From Candidatus Hydrogenedentota bacterium (lineage in GTDB: Bacteria; Hydrogenedentota; Hydrogenedentia; Hydrogenedentales; SLHB01), in assembly GCA_045863335.1 (NCBI GenBank), contig BTVY01000016.1, positions 41,683 through 105,682 of the forward strand: 64,000 bases of DNA, in the 5' to 3' direction. The notes under the pieces are model-generated. The model did no database searches, was not told where the DNA came from, and saw nothing but the letters and a program-made list of their open reading frames with translations. The position numbers and the translations under genes were made by a program. Shown piece after piece: positions 18,963 to 28,801 of the stretch (its first letter is position 1; every line of letters starts with the position of its first letter).

Positions 18963-20651
18963 ATGAACATTCTGGGTATCGGCGGATATTCGCACGATAC
19001 GTCGGCGGTGCTGGTGTGCGACGGGCAACTGGTGGCGGGCGTGGCCGAGGAACGGCTGACGCGGAAAAAGCATCAGGGTTTCGTGCCGCGCCGATCGGTG
19101 CAGTGGTGTCTCGACGAAGCAGGCCTTACGCGCGACGATATTGATCACGTCTGCTGCTACATGCGGCCGGGGCTGCGCATGGCGCGGCGCGTGCCGTATC
19201 GGATGATGACGTGGCCGCGGGTGCCGTACTATGCGACCGCGTTCATCGGGTACGAATTCGTCCACAACATCAACTACGTAATCGGTATGCGCGGCCTGCT
19301 CGGGAAGAAGGCCCGCATGCACTTCATGGAGCACCATCCCGCGCACGCGGCCTCGGCCTTTCTGGTCAGCCCTTACGATGAGGCGGCCCTGTTGACGCTA
19401 GACTACATGGGCGAATGGGCGGTGACGTGGAGCGGTGTCGGGCGCGGCACGCGGATGGAGCACATCCAACACGAGAACTATCCGCATTCCCTGGGCGTGT
19501 TCTACACCGCGATTACTGCCTACCTCGGGTTTCTGCGCGCGAGCGACGAGTACAAGGTGATGGGCTTGGCCTCGTATGGAAAGCCCGAGTTCGCCGACGA
19601 GTTCCGGCGTATGTTCCGCTTGCTTCCCGGCGGACGCTACAAGCTGGACCTGTCCTGGTTTCACTGTCACTACAAACCGGGCTCGCGCGTGGGCTACGTA
19701 TCGCCCAAGTTCGTGCAGCGATTCGGACCCGCGCGCATCAAAGGCGAGCCCATCGAAACGCGTCACGAAAGCATTGCGGCGTCCGCCCAGTTGGCGCTCG
19801 AGGAAGTGGCCCTGCACATCGCGAAGGACCTTCACGAACGCACGGGGTTGCGGCGTTTGTGCATGGCGGGCGGCGTTGCGCTGAATTGCGCCATGAACGG
19901 GCGTCTCTTGCGGGAATCGCCCTTCGACGAGATCTACGTGCAACCCGCTTCCGGCGACGACGGCACGGGCTTGGGCGCGGCGTTTCAATTGCATCATCAG
20001 TTAACCGGCAGCGATCGCGGATACGTGATGGACGATGCGCGCATCGGGCCTTCGTTTACGAATGACGATATTCGCGAGTTTCTGGACCGCGTCAAGATCC
20101 CCTACGAAACGCCCGAGAACGTGGTCGAACGAACGGCGGAGTTGCTGGCGGAGGGCGATATCGTCGGCTGGTTTCAGGGGCGCATGGAGTTTGGTCCGCG
20201 CGCGCTGGGATCGCGCAGCATCCTCGCCGATCCGACGCGGCCGGATATGAAGGATCTCATTAACAAATACGTGAAACACCGCGAGGAGTTCCGGCCCTTT
20301 GCACCGAGCTGCATCGAAGAGCGCGCGCCGGAGTTCTTCGAGGGGTGTACGTGGTCGCCCTTCATGCTGTTTGTCTACCCCGTGAAACCGGAGGTCCGCG
20401 CCAAGATTCCGGCCGTCACGCACATCGATGGCACAGCTCGGGTGCAGACGGTGTCGAAGCGAACCCATCCGCAGTACTACGCCTTGCTCGAGGCCTTCGA
20501 GCGGCGGCGTGGCGTGCCTATCGTCTTGAACACGTCCTTTAATGTCATGGGCGAACCCATCGTGCACACGCCCGAGGACGCGGTGCGTTGCTTCTACAGC
20601 ACCGGCATGGATTCGCTGGCCATCGGGGACTTCGTGGTGCGCAAGCGGTGA
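18963..20651 (+). CDS. O-carbamoyltransferase (NodU/CmcH/TobZ family)
   Basis: HDTSA, EERLTRKK, HHPAHAASAF, EYKVMGLASYG, AGGVALNC, EFGPRALGSRS, FRPFAP, LNTSFN. Confidence 0.96.
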   Translation: MNILGIGGYSHDTSAVLVCDGQLVAGVAEERLTRKKHQGFVPRRSVQWCLDEAGLTRDDIDHVCCYMRPGLRMARRVPYRMMTWPRVPYYATAFIGYEFVHNINYVIGMRGLLGKKARMHFMEHHPAHAASAFLVSPYDEAALLTLDYMGEWAVTWSGVGRGTRMEHIQHENYPHSLGVFYTAITAYLGFLRASDEYKVMGLASYGKPEFADEFRRMFRLLPGGRYKLDLSWFHCHYKPGSRVGYVSPKFVQRFGPARIKGEPIETRHESIAASAQLALEEVALHIAKDLHERTGLRRLCMAGGVALNCAMNGRLLRESPFDEIYVQPASGDDGTGLGAAFQLHHQLTGSDRGYVMDDARIGPSFTNDDIREFLDRVKIPYETPENVVERTAELLAEGDIVGWFQGRMEFGPRALGSRSILADPTRPDMKDLINKYVKHREEFRPFAPSCIEERAPEFFEGCTWSPFMLFVYPVKPEVRAKIPAVTHIDGTARVQTVSKRTHPQYYALLEAFERRRGVPIVLNTSFNVMGEPIVHTPEDAVRCFYSTGMDSLAIGDFVVRKR

Positions 20652-21766
20652 ACATCGTCATCCCGACAGTGGACTATCCGCCCATCGAGGGCGGGATCAG
20701 TTCGCTGACGCTCCATATGTCGCGCGAACTCGCTGCTATGGGCCACGACGTTACGGTCGTCGCGCCGTGGTTTCCCGAGCAAGAGGCGTTTGACGAGAAC
20801 GAGCCGGTAACCGTGCTGCGATATGGCGGGTACAGCCTGGGCTGGTTCCGGTTCGTGCCGCTTGCGTGGCAATCCTGGCCGCACATGCGGCGCGCCGATC
20901 TCGTGCTCGGTGTGAACATCGCCTACGGTGGCGTCTTGGGTTGGTTGTTCCGCCGTCCCTACGTGACTTTCGCGTACGGCTACGAGTTCCTCAAGTTTGG
21001 GCGCAATTCTCTCGCGGGACGGATTCTTCGTCGCGTGTACAACGCCTCACTCTCGGCCATTGCCATCAGCCGCTTCACACGCGACGCGTTGGAGCTATTC
21101 GGCGTGGAGGCCGAACGCATCGACGTGATCCATCCGGGAGCGCGTCCCGCGTCACCAATGACCCCTTCCGAACTCGATAGCATTCGACACCGATACGTGC
21201 TCGAAGGGAAGCGCGTGGTCCTCGCGGTCGGGCGTCTGATCGAACGCAAAGGACATCGCACGCTCATCGAGGCCATGCCCCGGATTCTGGATCGGGTTCC
21301 CGACGCGCATCTCGTGATTGTGGGCCAAGGGCCGACGATGAGCGCCTGTTCGCGATTGGCGCAGCAGTCGGGCATGCGGGAGCACGTGACCTTCACAGGA
21401 CCCCTCGAAGATACCGAGGTCGCGGGGTTGTACGCCGCTTGCGACGTTTTCGCGTTGCCCACCGGAACCGGACCCAACGGGCAAGTAGAAGGATTCGGAC
21501 TGGTCTTCGCCGAAGCCCATGCCTACGGAAAACCCGTCGTGGCGGGACGCTCCGGTGGCGTGGTCGACGCCGTGCTGGATGGAGAAACGGGGCTCCTGGT
21601 CGAGCCGGAAGATGTAGCAGCGGTGGCCGACGCCATCGTGTCCATACTTACGGATTCGGAACTCGCAAAGCGGCTTGGCGAGAACGGCAAACGTCGGGTC
21701 GAAACCGAGTTGAACTGGGCAACCTTCACCCGCGCGCTCCTGGAGCGCATCGAGGCGCGCCGATGA
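20648..21766 (+). CDS. Glycosyltransferase family 4
   Basis: YPPIEGGI, VGRLIERKG, EGFGLVFAEA; GTG start overlapping the upstream stop (GTGA). Confidence 0.93.
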   Translation: MNIVIPTVDYPPIEGGISSLTLHMSRELAAMGHDVTVVAPWFPEQEAFDENEPVTVLRYGGYSLGWFRFVPLAWQSWPHMRRADLVLGVNIAYGGVLGWLFRRPYVTFAYGYEFLKFGRNSLAGRILRRVYNASLSAIAISRFTRDALELFGVEAERIDVIHPGARPASPMTPSELDSIRHRYVLEGKRVVLAVGRLIERKGHRTLIEAMPRILDRVPDAHLVIVGQGPTMSACSRLAQQSGMREHVTFTGPLEDTEVAGLYAACDVFALPTGTGPNGQVEGFGLVFAEAHAYGKPVVAGRSGGVVDAVLDGETGLLVEPEDVAAVADAIVSILTDSELAKRLGENGKRRVETELNWATFTRALLERIEARR

Positions 21767-22926
21767 AACGGTTCCGCGTGGCCCACGTCATCACGAGGCT
21801 CTGTAAAGGCGGAGCGCAGGAGAACACGGTGAGCACCGTGCGCCTGGCCAACCGCGACCGGTTCGAGGTCGATCTCATCAGCGGGCCGACCTACGGAAGC
21901 GAAGGCAGCATCGAAGGCGCTGTGGCCGAGGCGGGCTTTGAGATCCTCCGCGTGCCGCATCTGGTCCGGAGCCCCAACCCGTGGCAAGATTTTCTAGCCT
22001 ATCAGGAACTCAAGCGCCTGTTTCGCGAGCGCCGGTACGATATCGTGCACACGCACACGTCGAAGGCGGGCTACCTTGGGAGGTTGGCTGCCGCCCATAC
22101 CGGCGTGCCCATTTTGGTCCACACGCCCCACGGCCATATCTTTTTCGGCTATTTCAACCGGGTATTGACCGCCTTCTTCACGGCGCTGGAACGGCAGGCC
22201 GCGCGAAAGACCGACCGGCTCATCGCCTTGACCGACCGGGGCATCAAAGAGCATCTCCTTCGCGGGGTCGGACGGCCGGAGCAGTGGGAGGCCATCTTCA
22301 GCGGCATCGACCTGAACCCTTACGCGCAAGCCATTGAACGGCGCGCATCTACGCGCGAAATCCTCGGCATCAAGATGGACGAATTCGTCGTCGGCGCGGT
22401 GGGGCGCCTTGAACCCGTGAAGGGATTCGCGTATTTTGTGGAGGCCGCGCGCGCCATTGCGGAAAGCGTGCCGGAATCCCGATTCATTCTCGTGGGCGAC
22501 GGTTCTCTCGCGGATTCTCTGCGCGCGCAGGCTGCCGATCTGGGCGAACGATTTCGGTTTCTGGGGTTGCGCCACGATGTTCCCGATTTGATGGCCGCGT
22601 TCGATCTTTGCCTTGTGCCATCGCTGAACGAGGGCATGGGCCGCGTCGTGCTGGAAGCGGGGGCTGCGGGCGCGCCGGTCGTGGCGAGCAGGGTGGGCGG
22701 TATCCCGGAAATTGTGCGGGACGGAGACACCGGCATCCTGGTGCCCCCACAAAGCGCCGGCGCGGTCGTGGAAGCGGTGTTGCGGCTGCACGGAGACCCG
22801 GCGTTGCGTTCGCGCATGAGCGAGGCGGCCCGGTCGCTGACAGCGTCCTACGGGCTGGATCAAATGGTGCGGCGCATCGAAGATCTGTACGAACGACTGA
22901 TCGAGGAGAAGGGTCTTGACCCCTGA
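21763..22926 (+). CDS. Glycosyltransferase family 4
   Basis: GGAQ, HTHTSKAG, VGRLEPVKG, NEGMGRVVLEA; ATGA overlap. Confidence 0.93.
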   Translation: MKRFRVAHVITRLCKGGAQENTVSTVRLANRDRFEVDLISGPTYGSEGSIEGAVAEAGFEILRVPHLVRSPNPWQDFLAYQELKRLFRERRYDIVHTHTSKAGYLGRLAAAHTGVPILVHTPHGHIFFGYFNRVLTAFFTALERQAARKTDRLIALTDRGIKEHLLRGVGRPEQWEAIFSGIDLNPYAQAIERRASTREILGIKMDEFVVGAVGRLEPVKGFAYFVEAARAIAESVPESRFILVGDGSLADSLRAQAADLGERFRFLGLRHDVPDLMAAFDLCLVPSLNEGMGRVVLEAGAAGAPVVASRVGGIPEIVRDGDTGILVPPQSAGAVVEAVLRLHGDPALRSRMSEAARSLTASYGLDQMVRRIEDLYERLIEEKGLDP

Positions 22927-23638
22927 AGACGCGTTTCTATCCAAACAGCGGATGCTGGTCATCGCGCCCCACGCCGACGACGAGTGTTTCGGATGCGCCG
23001 GTACCATGGCGCGCATCAAGCACCTCGGCGGGGAAGTCTATTGCATCGTCTGTTCCGTCGGTGATTTGAAGCACTACGACGGAAAGACGGGCCAGGTCAG
23101 CGGGTCCACGCGCGAAGACGAGTTGGCGAGCGTCATGCAGTATCTCAAAGTCGACGACTGGGAGATCCTGTATCGCGACGAGCAGACCCATCTGCGATTG
23201 GACGCGATTCCGCGGCGCGACCTGGTCGCTTTGTTCGAGCGGGACTGTAAACTCGCGCTGGACAAGGTGAAGCCGACGATGTTGGCGATTCCCGTGTCCT
23301 CGTACAATCAGGATCATGATGCCGTGTTCCGCGCCGCGTGGACGGCGTGCAGGCCCGGGGTGCCGTCGATTAAGCCCTTCCAACCGATCGTGCTGGGCTA
23401 CGACAACACCTCCTTGTTCTGGAGCCTGGAGCGCGAGAAATTTCACCCCAATTTCTACGTCGATATCAGCGACTTTCTGGAGCACAAGCTGACCGCGTTG
23501 TCCATGCACAAATCGCAAATGCGCGACGCCATCCACCATTCGAGCGTGCAAAACGTGGAGTACATTTCCCGCGTGCGGGGCCGCGAGGTTTCGGTCGAGG
23601 CGGCGGAAGGATATATGGTGTTCCGGCACGTACTTTAA
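22916..23638 (+). CDS. PIG-L family deacetylase
   Basis: APHADDE metal motif, QDH, YVDIS, HKSQ. Confidence 0.9.
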   Translation: MTPEDAFLSKQRMLVIAPHADDECFGCAGTMARIKHLGGEVYCIVCSVGDLKHYDGKTGQVSGSTREDELASVMQYLKVDDWEILYRDEQTHLRLDAIPRRDLVALFERDCKLALDKVKPTMLAIPVSSYNQDHDAVFRAAWTACRPGVPSIKPFQPIVLGYDNTSLFWSLEREKFHPNFYVDISDFLEHKLTALSMHKSQMRDAIHHSSVQNVEYISRVRGREVSVEAAEGYMVFRHVL

Positions 23639-23720
23639 GGCTTACACGGACCTGCACGGGCATACACGGACGAGAAGTGTGCGCATGGGAAAGCGGTAAT
23701 GAGAAGGATAGAAGTTAGCA

Positions 23721-24764
23721 ATGAGTGACAAGAGACTAATTATCGGTTTGCCGGCGGGGTCGCTTGCCGATCCGAATCGCGGCGGCAGCCTGATCGAATT
23801 GTTGAAGAATGCCGGGTTCCCAACGCGGGGCTACGACAAAGGCGGGCCGAGCACTTTTCCCGTTACCTCGTTTCTCGTGGGCTGGGACGGACGGCCGCAG
23901 GAGTTCGGATCGCAACTCGCGGTGGGCGAAGTGGACCTCGCCATCGGGGGCGACGACTGGGTCCGCGAGCGCATGCTCGAATTCAAGTACGAGTACAACC
24001 AAACCATCGAGCTGAAAAAGGTGTTGTCCCTGGAACGTGGTTCAGTGCGGATCGTCATTATCGCGAACAGCATCACTGGGACATGCGACGAATGGCTGAA
24101 GAGTCTGCTGTCGAAAAGGAAGCTCGTTTCCATGGTCTCCGAGATGCCGTACATCGCGCTCGAATGGTTTCAGTCCAAGGCGAAGGCCCTGGGTTTCGGC
24201 GAATCCCACAGCAAATTTTCGGTGCAGAAGTTCAAGACCCCGCCGCGCATCGATTCCGGCATCGTCATCTACGAGACCTGGGGCAAGACCGAAGCGAAAG
24301 TTACGAACGGATCCGTTGATTTCGGGCTCGAAATCACGCAGACCGGCAGCGCCATAGCCAACTACGGGTTGCAGATTATCGACGAGATCATGCCGTCCGA
24401 AGCCGGGATCTGGATCAACCCGGCCATTACAAAGAAACCGGCGAAGTACGACCTGGCCCGCATGTTCGTGCTGAACCTGTATGGGTCCATCTTCGCGGAG
24501 AACAAGGTGCTGCTCGTGTTCAACGGCCGGAAGAATGACGTGCCCAAGCTCATGGATTATCTGCGCGACAACCGCTTGTTCGGGGACGAGCCGACCATCA
24601 AGGAAGGCACAAACTTCACCGAATTCACCATCAAACTCGATACGATGAACAAGACCTTGCCGCTGGCCAAGGCGCGCTACGATCTCGCCGCCCTCGGCGC
24701 CACGCATATCGAAACCATCCCCCTGGATTCGTCGATCCCGGGATTGGACGTGCTCGACTTTTAG
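23721..24764 (+). CDS. Divergent long-form ATP phosphoribosyltransferase (HisG-like)
   Basis: IGLPAGSL, RPQEF..GEVDLAIGGDDW, WGKTEAK, EITQTGS (PRPP loop), C-terminal regulatory domain; contains insertions. Confidence 0.7.
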   Translation: MSDKRLIIGLPAGSLADPNRGGSLIELLKNAGFPTRGYDKGGPSTFPVTSFLVGWDGRPQEFGSQLAVGEVDLAIGGDDWVRERMLEFKYEYNQTIELKKVLSLERGSVRIVIIANSITGTCDEWLKSLLSKRKLVSMVSEMPYIALEWFQSKAKALGFGESHSKFSVQKFKTPPRIDSGIVIYETWGKTEAKVTNGSVDFGLEITQTGSAIANYGLQIIDEIMPSEAGIWINPAITKKPAKYDLARMFVLNLYGSIFAENKVLLVFNGRKNDVPKLMDYLRDNRLFGDEPTIKEGTNFTEFTIKLDTMNKTLPLAKARYDLAALGATHIETIPLDSSIPGLDVLDF

Positions 24765-24765
24765 C

Positions 24766-25494
24766 CTACTTGATGATCATGCAGCCCGCGATGATGTCGT
24801 GCAACGCTTGCTTGCGTTGGGTGAAGAACGGGAAGAGATAGCCGATCCCGCAAATTGCCGCTGAGATGATCTTGGAAAAATGCCGGGCGGTCGCGCGCCA
24901 GAAGGTGATCCCGTCGCCATTGAGATCCGTTACGGCGATCCCTAACGCGCGCTTTCCGAAGGTAGCGCCATGGCCGCCGCTCTCCTGCAAGGCATAGTAG
25001 AGCCAGACTACAATTACGACGCCGACTTGAATGACAAGCTGGAACTGCAGGAGCCCTTCCTCGGTTTGCGGCACTCCGCCCATCATTGCTCCCATGATGC
25101 CGCCCAGGATGGCTCCGATTATGGCCTGAATGGGAATGAGAATGATGGCGTCAATAATGAACGCCGCGGCGCGCGCGAAGAACCCGCCATTCTCAAACGA
25201 ATCGTCCACCGCGACTCGCCCCGTCGCGACCGGTTGCGCCATGGGCAGCGGATCCACCGGACTCGCGTAGCGCGACGGAGCGGCAGATGGAGGTGGAGGA
25301 GGTGGTGGCGCGTTCATGAATTCGTCTTTGACCAGCCCGGCTTTCTGCCAGTTCTGCATGTGAGGCGCCCAGACGAGGTCGCTGTCTTGGAGTTCTCCCT
25401 GTGCGTACATCTGAGCCAGGACTTGGGCGGTAACGGGCCCGAACCGTTGACGAGACTGCGCGTAGTACCACTGCTTGTCGGAGCTTGGCGACAC
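24766..25494 (-). CDS. GYF_2 + RDD domain membrane protein
   Basis: WYY....FGPV..LVW..MQNW (GYF_2), Pro-rich linker, FFARAAAFIID..TFGKRALG..QALHD (RDD); GTG start with GGAGGGA RBS. Confidence 0.88.
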   Translation of the reverse strand: MSPSSDKQWYYAQSRQRFGPVTAQVLAQMYAQGELQDSDLVWAPHMQNWQKAGLVKDEFMNAPPPPPPPSAAPSRYASPVDPLPMAQPVATGRVAVDDSFENGGFFARAAAFIIDAIILIPIQAIIGAILGGIMGAMMGGVPQTEEGLLQFQLVIQVGVVIVVWLYYALQESGGHGATFGKRALGIAVTDLNGDGITFWRATARHFSKIISAAICGIGYLFPFFTQRKQALHDIIAGCMIIK

Positions 25495-25859
25495 GTGTAA
25501 TCCCTCCGTGCAGGTTTGACATGGCCGGATTTCCGGCGATTTCCCACGACTACCCCGGAGGCATCTTATACCAGAACTCCCTGAGCCGCAATAGGTAGCG
25601 CGAGTCCTGACCGTTCGCCGCGCACCACAATCGACGCAAGTGCTTTGCATTTCGGGCGAATCATTTGCTATGCTCTTTCGGTTTGGGTTAGGCAGCCTCG
25701 TTATTTCCGCCGCGCCGCAACACGTTTCCGACCACTTCTCCGGTCCCGCGCCGAATGTGGGAATCGCGCGAAGTGTGCTGTTGGACAGCCATTCGCGCAC
25801 AGGAGAAGAGCCTGCCCGTCAGTTAGTTACGCGTTTTGACCGGTAAGAAGGATCGACCC

Positions 25860-26312
25860 GTGGTTGAACGGACCTTTGTGATGATAAAGCCCGACGCGTT
25901 CGGGCGGCGCTTGTGCGGCGAGATCATTCGCCGGTACGAAGCGAAAGGGCTGAAACTGGTCGGCATGAAGTTGCAGATCGTGTCCCGCGCACTCGCGGAG
26001 AAGCATTACGCGGAGCACGCGGGCAAAGGGTTTTACGAAAGCCTGCTTGAATTTATCATGTCCGGCCCGACCGTGCAGATGGTGTGGGAAGGCGAGAACG
26101 CGGTGGCCGTGGGGCGCAAGCTGAACGGCGCGACGAACAGCCAGGAAGCCGACCTGGGCACGATTCGCGGCGACTTCGGAATGACCGTGCAGAACAATCT
26201 CGTACATGCGTCCGACTCCGTGGAGACAGCGAAGCGTGAGATTGGAATCTACTTCGACGAGAGCGAACTTTGGGACTACTCCATGCCCGATGGGCATTGG
26301 TTGGTGAATTGA
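25860..26312 (+). CDS. ndk: Nucleoside diphosphate kinase
   Basis: ERTFVMIKPD, GTIRGDF, NLVHASDS. Confidence 0.97.
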   Translation: MVERTFVMIKPDAFGRRLCGEIIRRYEAKGLKLVGMKLQIVSRALAEKHYAEHAGKGFYESLLEFIMSGPTVQMVWEGENAVAVGRKLNGATNSQEADLGTIRGDFGMTVQNNLVHASDSVETAKREIGIYFDESELWDYSMPDGHWLVN

Positions 26313-26342
26313 CGAACCGTTAACCAGTAAGGAGGCCGGTGC

Positions 26343-26432
26343 ATGGCTGGTGGAAGAAAGGTGCGGCGCGCGAAGATCGCGAAGCACAAGCGCAAAAAGA
26401 AGCGCCGCGCGAATCGCCACAAGAACAAGTAA
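26343..26432 (+). CDS. Small basic protein, bS22 / AURKAIP1-COX24 (mS38) family (not in ORF track)
   Basis: AAGGAGG RBS; MAGGRKVRRAKIAKHKRKKKRRANRHKNK* (29 aa) with KHKRKK..R..RH pattern. Confidence 0.85.
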   Translation: MAGGRKVRRAKIAKHKRKKKRRANRHKNK

Positions 26433-26506
26433 CGCGATCCGTTTCCGGAATAGCGGAAACTGGATAGAGCTACCGTGGCCGCAACAGTTCGATATCTGCA
26501 ACGCGC

Positions 26507-26553
26507 CCCGGGTTCGGGCAGCATTCCGGACCCGGGAGCCGCTTTCTATTTTT
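26507..26553 (+). terminator. Probable intrinsic terminator after ndk-bS22
   Basis: CCCGGGTTCGG..CCGGACCCGGG stem followed by a T-rich tract. Confidence 0.55.
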
Positions 26554-26602
26554 GGCGGCGTTGCGCGGCCAAATCGCGGCTGCGGTATAGGAGATCGTGA
26601 CG

Positions 26603-27043
26603 ATGGCAGACGAACAGCCCAGGATCATCATTGACGAAGACTGGAAGGCCCAGGTTCAGCGTGAGAAGGAACAGGCCCAGGTCAAGCAACCCGAAGAGCC
26701 TACTGAAGCCGCCGAGGATTCCGAAGCGGCGGACGACGAGGCGCCGTCCACCTTCGGTGCGCTGATCCAGAGCCTCGCCGCACAATGCGCCTTTGCCCTC
26801 GGGTTGATCGCGCCGCCCGACACGAAGCAGGTCATGGTTAACCTGGAAGAAGCGCGGTATTGCGTCGACACCCTCATCATGCTTCGGGAGAAGACCAAGG
26901 GCAACCTCACGCCGCAAGAGCAGGGCATCCTGACGCAGACGCTCGCGGAGCTGCAGCAAGTCTACGCCGTGCGCGCGCAGCAGATTCAAGAGGCCCAGTT
27001 GCGCCAGGCCGGGATCGATCTGAAGAATCCGCCCAAGGCGTGA
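26603..27043 (+). CDS. DUF1844 domain protein
   Basis: IIIDEDWKAQ N-terminus; NLEEARYCVDTL.ML.EKTKGNLT..E motif. Confidence 0.85.
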   Translation: MADEQPRIIIDEDWKAQVQREKEQAQVKQPEEPTEAAEDSEAADDEAPSTFGALIQSLAAQCAFALGLIAPPDTKQVMVNLEEARYCVDTLIMLREKTKGNLTPQEQGILTQTLAELQQVYAVRAQQIQEAQLRQAGIDLKNPPKA

Positions 27044-27052
27044 GACAGAAGT

Positions 27053-27130
27053 ATGAATGATGAGTGATGAATGATGAGTGATGGACTGCGAACAGTTGAT
27101 CTCTAATCCGAAATCTGAAATCTGAAATCC
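27053..27130. repeat. Heptamer arrays (ATGARTG)n and (AAATCTG)n
   Basis: atgaatgatgagtgatgaatgatgagtgatg ... aatccgaaatctgaaatctgaaatcc. Confidence 0.8.
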
Positions 27131-27242
27131 TTATTTCGGGGCTGGGGGCACATTCGACTGTGCATAGAAGTGAGTATGGCGTGGGGTTGACGGCTTTGGC
27201 GGCCAACAGACAGTCCCATTGGTGCCGCGTTGGGGAGAGTAA

Positions 27243-28535
<1,293 letters not shown>

Positions 28536-28801
28536 CCGAGCACTGGATTTGTGAAACCATCCACGCCCGATTGCTGTCCAATATGTTGAGGTGAAGTGTG
28601 AGTTGAGGCCTGCCCTTTGTGGGGGTGTCCCTCTACTTTCGTCTGTTGAATCGATACAGGCGTTGACGTACACTTGCCTTGAATTGGCGGGAACGGGATG
28701 GAGTAGGGTGCAGGAAATCCATACCCGAAAACACCTTACATGCGAGTTCTCCGCCTTGCGCTGACCGGAAGACCCTTGATACTACTTGTTGGGAGGAGAC
28801 T

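Noticed and set aside
18963-23638. A bona fide aminoglycoside antibiotic cluster
   Set aside because: No 2-deoxy-scyllo-inosose synthase, aminotransferase, dehydrogenase or resistance gene; only the enzyme-class analogy is retained
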